DNA of 64,000 nt from Azolla caroliniana. Lineage: Eukaryota; Plantae; Polypodiophyta. How positions within the stretch are numbered: position 1 is the first letter of the stretch; the number at the start of each line of letters is the position of its first letter. The notes beneath the pieces were generated by a model. That model did not search any database and was not told where the DNA came from. It worked only from the letters and a program-made list of their open reading frames with translations. A program made the translations under genes and the position numbers. This document shows, one piece after another, positions 38,028 to 49,750 of the stretch. Where the stretch lies: contig JBHGNT010000001.1 of assembly GCA_043228905.1 (NCBI GenBank), positions 31,434,001 to 31,498,000 of the forward strand, given 5' to 3'.

Positions 38028-38641
38028 GGTATGGCAATATTTGTGTGGTAGTAGAAATGGTAAATATTTCCCACAAAGTGTATGTAATGATCCCTTTGGA
38101 TAGGCTTCAATGATGGTCACTTGATTTGATGAGGTGGTATGGTTGGTAGGGACGTATGCCCCTAATAAATGTGACTCAATGTATTGGATTATTGTGTTCA
38201 ATACTTCAAATCTATGAGCGTGCGAATCACGTTTATTTATGAGTAATTTAAATGTGTGTTGATGCATCACCGTTGGACTCTACATATGCAAAGGTTGTAA
38301 AGTTAGATGTATGGAAAAGGTTACATCAAGGTAACCTTGGGTTTACTTTTCAATCTACACAACATTGGTCATCTTGGAGTAGTATTTGGTAAGTGATGCA
38401 TGATGAATATTTTATGCCTAGAATTCCTTTACATATTGGTTGTATAAGATGCGATCAAAGCCAATACCTTTGGATTTGGATCCATGGTAGTCATCTCTAT
38501 CATGTTTTGTTCATATTTGGGGTTTTTTTTGTGGGACATCGGGAATCCACCTATTGATTGCACCTTAATCTTCCATTACACTTTCTTATTAGTCAAATTA
38601 ACATTTTTCCTAGCTCTGTGGGGATATGGGGAATCCATCTT

Positions 38642-39799
38642 CTTCTTCTTTTATAAAAGATTTTCTTCAATAGTATTAAGAACACAACGCCCAAAGGCTA
38701 GAACTTGAACCTAGCTACCAAGAAGGTTACAACTTTCTTTATACACTAATATAAATATACGAGGATGTTTATATTTGTTGATATTCAAAGAGTCCATGGA
38801 AGTCGATATTGCCATTGAGGCTCTTGAGCTACCATTGTAAATAGGGGCACCTTTTTCCATAAGTGAAGAAGCTTTTTCCTTTTCTTGTTCATAGTATCTG
38901 GGGAACCCTGCATATTGTCATACTGACCACGGACTACAGCCAACAAGTTCTCCCATAACTCAAACAACACATCTAAGAGATGAATGTCTACCCCATCATA
39001 AAGTCGTTTACATCGATATTTCCATAATACCCATAATGTTATTGTGGACATAGTTTTCCAAATTTGGACGGATCGCACCTACTTTCGAGGTTGCTGGAAA
39101 GGACTAACTAATATCAATCTTCCATTATGTATTGTCATTGCCTCATGAACATCGTTTGCCTCATACAACATTAAACCGGAGTGTAATACTCCCCACATCG
39201 TTGATCCCCATGAGAATAAGCAACCTACATTTATTGTTAGGAATAAAGACACGACTTCCTTCCATACTTGTTGAGCAAAAGAACAAGACCATAAGACATG
39301 GTTGGTAGTCTCTTGAGGTTCATGGCAAATGGCACATTGCCGCAAATTGGGTGTCACATTCCCTTTCAATGCATGACCAATTGGTAGAGCCATATGCACT
39401 AATAACCATCGAAAGAGAATAAATTTAGTTGGCCCCTCAAATGACCATATCCATTTCCAATAGGTTCTCAAATGCAAAGTGGAAACACCCCAATTGGTCC
39501 AATGTTTCTGAGCCGCTGGTATCTTTACATTATGAGAGAGCAGTAATGATCTTCCAAGTTTTACTGAGTACTGAAAAAAGGGGACCTTTACGATCTTTTC
39601 CCCCAAGGAGTGTGACCAAAGCCAACCCCCTGGATCCCAAGTTAATCTTGCAACATGATCTTTTGAATATAACCACATGATATCACACATATGAGCAATT
39701 GATGGATAAGGATCAAGGATCCATTTCTTTCCGGTTTTAGCAACCACTCTAACTGGTGCACTTCATAAGTCCTGTAGATAATTGCAATGAAAGGTATAA
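38642..39799 (-). mobile_element. 5'-truncated LINE with 19-bp TSD and (AAG)n tail
   Basis: TSD gatatggggaatccatctt at 38623-38641 and 39800-39818. ORF2 C-terminus (zf-RVT CAIC...H...C) 38785-39747 is broken by one in-frame TAG. Absent from unit 1. Confidence 0.93.
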
Positions 39800-41206
39800 G
39801 ATATGGGGAATCCATCTTGTTTTGGCCTTGGGTACAATTGTTAAATCAATGCCAAAATGTTTAGAGAAAACTCCATGTTAACAGGGTAGACATTTGTTAT
39901 TGAAAAATATGTAGGATACAATTTCTTATGTCCAATGTTGTATGTACATATGTCCATGTTGATTTGGGAAACTATAATTGGCTAGAAAGAAAGTGAGACT
40001 AACTAGAATGTTGGAATAAATATGTATGCTCAAGTGAGAGGAAACTTTTCCTTACCAAAAAAAAGAATACACAACTTGCCTAGAAGCTCGTTGAGGAGAA
40101 AAACAATGTTGATTAGAGGCAAAACAAGGTTGATTTCGAGCACTTGGTTATATGGGGGAGGCCTTCCCATAAGTACTTAGTATTATAACTTTAATTATAT
40201 CATTGATCGTGGCCCACCGCCAATGAATGGTCAAGAAAAAATGCATAAGGAACTTTAGAAATAAGCGAGGTATTGAAAAGCTATGAAATGAGGATATTAA
40301 AATATCAAGCCTCACTAGACTTCTCGAAATATGAAAGTAAATTAGGTTAAATTAGATTTCACATGAACACGAAACGATTAACTTTTCGTAAACGAAAGAA
40401 GAACTCACATTAATCATTTATCATATTCTATTGAAGCTATAGGTACTAGGTCATGAACAATCTCCTACTGCATTGTGTCATTACGAGTCATTCATACATT
40501 TTCAAAAAGTCAGCGTTGAAAAAGAGGCACTTCCGAAACTCTTCCACACTTTGATGAAGGGATAGAATTCGTGAGGGAGAGACTTTCGGATTCAATACGC
40601 AAAAAATATCAGTAGATTCAAGATCGATTCGAGCACAAACTCCGTAGTAATTGAGGCCAAGGAAAGAAGATAGATATGGGAATAACATTTGCGGTCTTTT
40701 TCTTTGTGTGATACTATATGTACATATGATGGACTTAAAGGAAACTGGGACGGGGTTTGAAGAGCCCTGAAGGCCATCATCGAGTGCGGATCTCTAGGGG
40801 GTGGGTGGGTGGGTGTAAGAGAAAAGTGGGAAGCTATTGGGGCCTGTTACGAAGGGGTCAGAGGAGTAATGGCCAGCCTCACCCAAGTGATCGAGTGAGC
40901 GGACACGGCATATCCCATTACATTATACATAACATACATATACATAAATTATAGACATGTGTATTTCATAATGTTCTTTATCCAACTTACTAATTCCGAT
41001 TTAATTTTACCGTGTCTAGACGCGGAGATAGCCGCGGTCCCAAAACGAAGACTCCGTCTGTCTTGCCCCTCTGCCCCCCTCTCTCCTTATTTTGCTCTGC
41101 ATCCACGCTCTGCCTTCAACATCTAAATTCCTATACCTATACATACATGTAATACTCCATTATCATCATCATCATCATCATCATCATCAGCATCATATAA
41201 TTCTCC

Positions 41207-43210
41207 ATGCCCCCCTTCAACCATGACCATCAACACAAGCTTCTCATCTCTGCACGCTCCGACCTCTCCCAACGCCTCAGAGAGCTCGCCTCGATCGAGG
41301 AACGATTAATCCACACTCACACCAGATTGGTTGGAATCGATGAGAAGGTCCCTTTCCTCCGCTCCGCCATGGCGCCCATCCAAGCCCGGGCGTCTGTCGC
41401 ATCGGCCCTCACATCCCAACTTGATGCTGCCCTCCAACGAATCCTGTCCGTCATCCACACCTTCGAATCGATCCACACCATCCAAGGGAAGCTAAATGCA
41501 GAAGATCCGAAGCACGACCTCCGCAAATACTTGGCTATGGTTTGCTCTATGGAAAGGTATCTTCAAACGATTCGAGATATCTATCCTCCATCGTTGGATT
41601 CGTTAGATGAGGTCCTCGATTTTCTGGTAGATACCAAACTTCTCGATCCTTATAGCCTCAGAATGCTCGGCGAACAGCTCCAACAATCCAAATGCCTCAA
41701 TCCCCACCAAGAAATGATAAAAAAGGACCCTCTAAAAAAGGCATTGCTCAAGTTGGAAGAGGAATTCGAGAGGCTTTTGACCGAAAGCTTTAGGGTCATA
41801 GACCTTTCAAAACATTTAACTAGCAGTACTGGGGCAACGGCAGATGGTCAAACTTCAGAGCAGAATACCACTAAATCCCCTATCCAGCATGTGGAACTAA
41901 TGGATCCTGATACCAGTAACAAGATTCTAGTAATCTCGGATAGACTCAAGGTGAATGGAAGAATAGAGTATTGTCTTGAGGTTTATAAGGCAATAAGGGT
42001 GAAGATCGTGATGAAATCGATAGTTACTCTTAAACCAGAGTACCTTAGAGCTTACTCCATGGAGGAATTGAATGGTATGGTGTGGGAAGACATCCGTGAG
42101 AACCTCTCTCTATGGTTGAAACATGTGAACGCCATTGTAATTGTGCTGATGGCCCAAGAAAAAGAAGTCTGCGAGAGGGCTTTCCATACCCTTGACCCTC
42201 CCGAGCGAACAAAGTGCTTTGCCGACATTGTCAAGAAATCTAATATTTCCATCTTCTTCCGGTTCATAGAGTTTGTGGCATCAACCAATCATCGGCCCCA
42301 AGCCATGCTAGTCGGATTGCTACACATCATCCAAGGCTTGGGGAATATCAAGTACGAAATTTCCGGAGTGTTCGAAGGATGCCCGGACACACTGAAGGAG
42401 ATTGAGGCGATGCACTGGACCCTGTCATTCCACGTGTTGAGGGTCTATCGGATACTCGTCATCAACACCGAGACTTGGAAATCACAGGTGCCAAGTGATG
42501 GCGGGAAGGACCTCAATGCGAGTTTTGTCGTCAATTACATGGGAATGATATTCCGAGACTATAAAGGTGCGATGGCGGAGGCCTTGAGATTGCAACAACG
42601 TGGTGCGAAAGCTAGTGGGGCTGGAGCTATCATGGTTTCGAACCTCCAACATGTTGCTCTTAGCATTATGGGCGCGTTAGAGAAGAGCCTCGAACACCGA
42701 GCCTCAACGTGCTACGAAGATCCCATCTTGGCACATATCTTCCTCATGAACAACTACCGACACGTCATTGTAAGATTGAAGGAATGCGTCCAACTCGCCG
42801 ATTGCTTAGGGGAAGATTTCAAGACCAAGTGGAGGCGCAAGGTAGATCTCAACATGAGGAACTACATCAAGAAGGCATGGGAGAATGTGATTTCGAATTT
42901 AGGCAGAGAAGGGTTGCACCCAGGAGGAAGCCGAGGTGTATCGAGAGACCTCCTAATGAAGAGGGTAAAGGCTTTCAATGTAGCTTTCGAGGAGGTGTGC
43001 CAAAAACAAGTGCGGTGGGTGATTCTCGATGATAGTCTTAGAGAGAGTGTGTGTCTCGAGGTAACCCAACTACTTGTTCCGACCTATCATTCCTTCATGC
43101 AATCATATGGCTCTTATCTGGAAGAGGGTGTGCCTCCACAACATAGGGTCAACAAATACACAGGGGACATGCTTGAGGACATGGTGAGAAGTCTTTTCCA
43201 AGGGAAGTAA
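41207..43210 (+). CDS. EXO70: Exocyst subunit EXO70, G/I clade (EXO70I-like), copy 2, intronless, 667 aa
   Basis: Gap-free paralogue of 34590-36593 with the same Exo70 motifs. Confidence 0.93.
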   Translation: MPPFNHDHQHKLLISARSDLSQRLRELASIEERLIHTHTRLVGIDEKVPFLRSAMAPIQARASVASALTSQLDAALQRILSVIHTFESIHTIQGKLNAEDPKHDLRKYLAMVCSMERYLQTIRDIYPPSLDSLDEVLDFLVDTKLLDPYSLRMLGEQLQQSKCLNPHQEMIKKDPLKKALLKLEEEFERLLTESFRVIDLSKHLTSSTGATADGQTSEQNTTKSPIQHVELMDPDTSNKILVISDRLKVNGRIEYCLEVYKAIRVKIVMKSIVTLKPEYLRAYSMEELNGMVWEDIRENLSLWLKHVNAIVIVLMAQEKEVCERAFHTLDPPERTKCFADIVKKSNISIFFRFIEFVASTNHRPQAMLVGLLHIIQGLGNIKYEISGVFEGCPDTLKEIEAMHWTLSFHVLRVYRILVINTETWKSQVPSDGGKDLNASFVVNYMGMIFRDYKGAMAEALRLQQRGAKASGAGAIMVSNLQHVALSIMGALEKSLEHRASTCYEDPILAHIFLMNNYRHVIVRLKECVQLADCLGEDFKTKWRRKVDLNMRNYIKKAWENVISNLGREGLHPGGSRGVSRDLLMKRVKAFNVAFEEVCQKQVRWVILDDSLRESVCLEVTQLLVPTYHSFMQSYGSYLEEGVPPQHRVNKYTGDMLEDMVRSLFQGK

Positions 43211-44079
43211 ATTTCCACTTCATCCTACGATGATGACATGAAAAGAAAAGAGGATGGTAACAATATTATAGGTGTAAAAGAGTTGTACATGGACACTAGC
43301 TCCCTTGTATTGCATGTGCTTTTGTTTTAAATCATTTTGGGTAGTAGTGCTTCGATATATAAGCCACCTTGTGCCACATGTATATTGAAATATATATGCT
43401 TGACAATGCCTACCCACATGTATATTTTAAAACTTTGTTCTTCTTTTTGCAACTCTCACATGATGGTCATTGGTCCATTCCATCTTTGAGGTGTAATATA
43501 ACTTGTTTCATTCTTTTATGAAAACTTTCTATGTTGAAATCATTAGAGTGAATAAGTGGTATTTCAAGTTTGAGAGTGATAATGAATGATTCAAGAAAGA
43601 TAACTAACGTTTCGAGAATGAAAAAACTCAAAAATAGCACTTGTAAAACTTAATGGAATCGGATGTGAATCAACACATTTACTTTTCTTGATGACTTAAT
43701 GATTAGTATCCATATATGACATTTTTCTCATACAAGGGTGCATCCTTTGCATAGCTATGAAATCCTTGGTTATCTACAACAACCAATATGTGAAGATTCA
43801 GCCTGAACCCCGCAGGTTGTGTGGCAATAGCTTGGTGCATCTGCGTATGCTTATGTTGATGTGGCAAAAGTATTTATGAATTGGGTGCAAGGAAAGCAAG
43901 GCCAGCCACAATGTTGGAATAGAAATCCAAGGTGATGTGATAGAAAGGCTACATAAATTGTTGGAAGCAAGCAAGGATATTTTGTCGTGTAGGATCAAAC
44001 TCTCCTATGAAAGCCAATAGTTAGCCTTGGAATTTCAAATGTCTATTTGGACATGCACTCAAATCATGTGTATGCTATA

Positions 44080-44815
44080 GGGATTTCCCAATGTAAACCA
44101 ATGCTTATTGTCAAATTTACCACAATATATCGAATTTTACTAAACATCCTTTAATTTTCATAAATGTAATTAATGCTAAGCAAGCAAAAGTTACTAAATT
44201 TCTCCAAGATTGAATAAAAACTAAATTAGGATAATTAAACACTATTAAATATACAATACTTCTATACATACATAATCAAGAATTATTCAGCGCAATTAGC
44301 CCTTGAGATTGGTTTGTGAATTATGTTGGCAAGAAGTAATTGTATGTGGATTAATGTTTAATTATACACTCATATGGTGGTTTTTGGTTAGCCATTACAA
44401 GAAGTATCAATGCATTGATTAGCACATAATTACACGAACTTGTTATTAATCAAAATTGTTAAGATGTATGGCATTTAGGCCATTTAAAAAATTCAATCGC
44501 TTTTTTGCCATTCATATACTTACTATGGTATGTTGAGATGTTTTTTAAAATGTTCTTTAACAATTATCTTTGCCATTTTGAAGCCATAACAATGGAAAAT
44601 TGTTTGTTGTAGTTCTCTTTAATATCGATGCATGCTTAACTAGAAATATTAGAGAGTTTGTCCGAAAAGTTTGAGAGTGAAAATGGCTCTCCAAGTTTGA
44701 GCGAGAGTGCCTTATATGCGTTTCATAACAACAAAAACACATCTAAACACTCGTGAATGAATGAATTCGATGCAAAAAATGCAACTATGACTTGCAATTG
44801 ATTTGGGTACATCCC
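44080..44815. mobile_element. Possible old MITE
   Basis: Imperfect TIR gggatttcccaat / atttgggtacatccc; flanks atgctata (44072-44079) and atgctaga (44816-44823), 7/8 match; AT-rich interior. Confidence 0.35.
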
Positions 44816-45181
44816 ATGCTAGAGTGTCACAATTCACTGGCAGTGGTTACTTACGACAACTTCAAGACAACGTTTGTATGAACTTGATACAAACATTGTC
44901 ACTGTTCTTCTGAGCCGGATAAAGTATTTCAAGTTATTCTACTCGTTTTTCTTGAGCCTATGCATTAGCTCTTACGCGTACATTAGCCCACATATTAACC
45001 CATCTTTAGTAGAATCTACACCTAATTCTCACTAATCCGATTTTTTCCGAACTCATTTTTGTCACACACATTCACTCATTAATTGGCAACATATAACCTC
45101 TTCCTTAAATATAGAGTTGTGTGTTTGGCTTTTTGTTATTTTGTCTGTGTTTTTTTCACATACTCCCTATTCCATCAGTCA

Positions 45182-48100
45182 ATGGAGAGTTCGCCAATGG
45201 ATTCCATCGAAAACCAGGCTTTCCCAGACGGTTAGTTTCTTCCATAAATTCACAGCAGGATTGTTTGCAATGGTTCTTTCTTGATTAATCCTAGAAATTA
45301 AACAGAAACCCTAAGAGTGTCTATCATCGCCACATCTCTTAACAAAAGAAGGATTTGAAAGACAATGTACCGTTGAGTGTGAGATGTCTAATTCAGAATG
45401 ATGTGGATTGAAATAAACCTTAAAACTAGAAAAAGTAAATGCTCTAGAAGATATCGTGGAAATGTTGATGGAGGAAGGCATTCCATGAAAGATATCAGAA
45501 AGACTTTGCATGGAAGATTCTTAATTTGGCCAGCTTTAGCGTTTGATCTACATTTCATAACAATAGATGGATCTAAATTGTAAGCAAGAACCCCCAGAAG
45601 GACATTGCCAAAATATACTTTTGACTGTAAGAATGTTTTGAAAATATACGAGTTAGTGTAAGATGACATAGTGATTAGAAATAGCTCCTAAATACTAGAA
45701 AAACAAAAAGCCTGTAGATGTCTGAACATTGACGAGAATTTAAGATAAATCAGACCTTTCAATGAAGGTACATGCTTCACATTAGACATATATGGTTTGA
45801 GAAGCTAGATAAAGGATACACGTAGGAGGAGAAGGGACATTGAAAAGAAGAGAATACTATGGGAATTGGTCTCGTAGTTGCAAAGAAGACAATGTGGCAT
45901 TGCTAACATTTAGCATATTTAGGTAGGTAATCTGTATTCCCGTGGGTACAGATTGTTGCATTCGCTAATAGATGTATATCAATTTAAAAAATAATCCTCA
46001 CTTCTTAAGAGAGAACTATAATGCAAACATCTTGTCTACGCCAATTTACGCTATTAATGTTTTGGAATTTAGATATAGATATGTATGAAAAATGATTACC
46101 ACCAAAGTATTGGAATTGTTAATTTTAAACTGCCTCATTGCACCCCAATAACTAAAGCATAGAAATGCTTTTAATATAAAGGCTATTGTAGTCTAGAAAT
46201 GGATTAAATCTTCAAGTCTACAACCTTAAAACTTTTGGAAAATAAGGTTTGGATTGAGATTATGCTAATGATTAATGTGGGGCAGAACAAAACATATCTT
46301 TTCAATGTCATAGATTAATGCCTACAAATCGTCATAGTGTTGTGTCTATTACAATGAAATTTGTATGCAATATTAACATGCGGGTTGAGGACTAATGTTT
46401 CTTGAGCTTTTCATTTGTTGTCTAAGCTTCTGCTTGCAAGTTTGTGTGCAAAATAATTATTAGATTTTTGTTTGTTTATAGTTTTTGTACACTCCATGCG
46501 AGGTACTCATTTTCTTAATTATAGATTTCATGATCGAGTGAATCTCTTTAGTAGTGAAAGAAACTTAGTAATTGGGGCCTACACATATATTATAGCATAT
46601 GTTTCCAACATACTATGTATATATATGCACATGTATACTATGCACGTGTATACTTCTGTTCATGATGTAAGGTTTCCACTGGTCATGATGTTCTATGCGT
46701 GCTGTCAAGAATTGATAGAACCTCAATAGGCGAGAAGTTGTCATTTGGCTTTTAAGTGAGAGTCTAAGCACGCTAGATGTCATAACATGCACCTCTTATT
46801 CCCCAGAGAAATAAGGATTACAAACTCATTGGCCCCTCAAAAATACCTTTAGAGCACCGTATATGCTTGCCCATCGATAGCTGGGGATGATTTTCTGGCA
46901 TCAAATTGTGATTGTGACAATGCATGTAGTATGTGAGAAAGTTCATAACAATCTATGTTTTTTGGACTTTGATGGAGCTCCATGATAGAAACTCCTCAGG
47001 ATGATTCACCATTATCACAGATTGTATGAGTAAAAAGGATCTTTGCTATTGATATACTTTTGATATAAAATTTCCATTTTTTTAGGATTGTGAAGATGGT
47101 GGGCTCCGTTTTGTAATCTATTTTTGAATATTCAGAGAGAATGGAATTGTTGTATTGGGTTAATGATTGTGTCTTTATACAGAAGCATCATTAGTGGCAG
47201 TGGACAGATACCGTCATACCAAAATTGCAAAACAAAATTCAATAAGTTGGTGCACAAATCCTGGCAGGTGTTTGTCAAGAAATAATATGGTGTGTCCTTA
47301 ATTGTTAAACCCTAAACTTCAAGAATTTCTATTCAAATTCAATTATATTAGTATTGATCCTGCTTCCTTTGTCATTTAGAGCTCCGCAGGAAAAAAAGCT
47401 CACGAAGATCTAGGGGCTGCAATGAAAGCTACTTAAGTGAGGTTTTTGTATTTACTGATGCTGATTGACTTTGTCTCTAATTTAAGCTGTTAATTACTGA
47501 AAGAATCAATATTTGCAGGAGTTTATAAAGAAGAAGTTGAAGGATCAAAGTGAAGTGATGGCAGAGAAGATATTAAGAAAGTGAGCTTTGCCGAGAAACA
47601 TATTACCACAATAATCACTGCAGTTCATCGGCTTGCAATGTTTGGTATTACTTATCATCACAAAATTGATACATTTAAGGTGTAGAGCTAGCAACTGCCT
47701 GTTTAAATTGACACTTGATGTTGAATTTTGTAGTATCCAGGTTATTTTATGCTATTTTTCTGGTCATGGCATGTTTCCCTAGCAACTGTCTGCTAAAATT
47801 GACACTTGATGTTGAATTTTGTAGTATCCAGGTTATTTTACGCTATTTTTCTGGTCATGGCATGTTTGCCCCCCTGAGCTTTTCGTCACGCACTTTTTGT
47901 ATTGTGGGGTTTATATGTTTTGGCGGGGGTTCAAACATGGTAGTTCTATGAGACAAACAGTTAAAGAGCTTCTCTCATCTTTTACAGTTGCCCAAAAAAT
48001 GAAGGACTGCAGATTGAACATTTTGAAATGAAGTAATGAAATTGCAGAAAGAGAATATATTTTGTAACGCTAAAGGGGTTTAAAAAAGTTAAGAAAGAAA

Positions 48101-49750
48101 AGAAAAAGACAAAACATTTATCCACTTTGGAATGAAATTGATCAGTATCACATGGCGTTGGGAAAGAAATGGCATGGCATTGCAGCAAATATTATTTTTA
48201 CCATATCATATCACATAACCTTCTAATTACTTCTGGCATAATGAACTTCAGGGAGGGGGAATCAAGCAATGATTTCATAGCCAAAATTCTAGGTGCATTT
48301 TTCGTGTAATTTTGAACCTATCTGATTTCATATACCATGACAACTTTTTGCCTTTGTCAGTGGAATGTCACAACAAGTGTTAACATGTTAAAAGATATCC
48401 CATGAGAGTCAGCCAAAAGATATTGACCATTTAAACCCCACCAAGACAAGTCAGAATGGTAGTTTTTGTGGACTTTTAATTACTGTTTGAGTTTATAAAT
48501 ATGAGAGATAGAGCTGCTTGTTTGTTTGACTGGCTCTTTAGATGCTCCTTGAAATACATTTTTCTGAAATAAATGGCATAAATGCCACTCTGTTTCTATC
48601 CTGTCTCGTTTATAATACTAGTTTTTTCTAGACAAGGTTATCGCTTTAATTTATTGAAGTTGATAAATTGTTTTGTAATCCTACTTTGTGGATTAATGTG
48701 TGTGATTAATTTTCTAAAGCATTTGAAGCAGTTAGCGACTTCATTAACCTCTCATTTTCCTGTCAATATCTACAAAGTTCTTGTGTAATTTTGATAGGAG
48801 GAAAAGTGATTGTACCTGGTTTATGAAATTCCTTTGCTTATAGATATATATGGTTGGATATTCGGGCTGGAAAATTAGTACTACTTCAAGTGCCCTCACT
48901 CAGTTGTCAGGATTATGTCGGTTTATAAATCTTTACTTGATTTGTGTAACTCTTCTACAAGTATTTGTGGGCAATCTACTTTGAACATCATAATTATGAG
49001 GATAACAATATTTATTGCAGAATTCTGCTTCTGCAAACTATAACAAACTTGTTGGCAATGAAAAGCGAAAAACTGGAACTCTGTTTAAGGTATCCCAAGA
49101 ATTGTTGATGTTTCCTTAAAATTTGTTGGTGTTTCTTTAAGAATTGTCGAGGCTTCATTTTCGAGAATGAACCTGAGAAGTGTTCAACTTGTCCTATCTC
49201 TGAGAATATATTTTCCATTTTGAAATATACCTTTCCCCATTGTTAACAGTGATGTCACACTTGAATTACAAGGCTATTAGTGGGAATACGTTCTATGCAC
49301 GATGGAGTTATAATCAGTACTGTCAACACGTTTATGGTGTACGTTTCTCACATATTTCTGTTTTTGGGCAGGTTCTTTTGTCACAGATGGAATCTATTGC
49401 AGATACTTATAGAGCTTTATTACTAGAAACAACCATAGCTGACTTTCGATGCTTTGTGATGGAAAGGTATCTTTTGCAACAGTTACCATGATGCATCAAA
49501 TTATAAATGCAAACGTAACACATTGTTTACTTTACTGGTGAATGCTATTGCTACACTTGTTAAATGCAATCCCAACACGCTGTTTTCTTCAGTTTCATCG
49601 TCTTCTTTAGAGGGCTTGAAAAAGGCAGAGCAATAACTGTTTCTCTACTATTTCAATCAACATGCAGCATGTGGACTGAGCTGACTTAGTGCAATACCAT
49701 CCATAGTTATATCGTTTGTTGTTATTGGGGCTTCGATTCCTGCTGACCAA
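45182..49750 (+). pseudogene. Spliced pseudogene of unknown family
   Basis: Phase-consistent GT-AG exons: about 46719-47023, 47086-47112, 47183-47267, 47380-47436, 47519-47644, 48252-48292, 48361-48458, then 49021-49089, 49372-49466 and 49593 onward. Putative first exon 45182-45230. Many in-frame stops. Confidence 0.55.
47688..47867. repeat. Tandem dimer, 91-bp unit
   Basis: ctagcaactg...ctggtcatggcatgttt starts at 47688 and 47779. Confidence 0.9.

Larger units (their letters stand above)
33246..43800 (+). repeat. Tandem segmental duplication carrying EXO70 (unit 1 about 33246-37322, unit 2 about 37347-43800)
   Basis: 33246 aligns with 37347 (gtaaaca.ggtaatagacaaca). 33960-34270 aligns with 38550-38640 plus 39820-40040. 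36600-37322 aligns with 43215-43800. Confidence 0.85.

Noticed and set aside
40908-40915. P1BS motif as proof of phosphate or mycorrhiza regulation
   Set aside because: Only six fixed bases, common by chance, and not seen at the matching position of copy 1; kept only as a side note.
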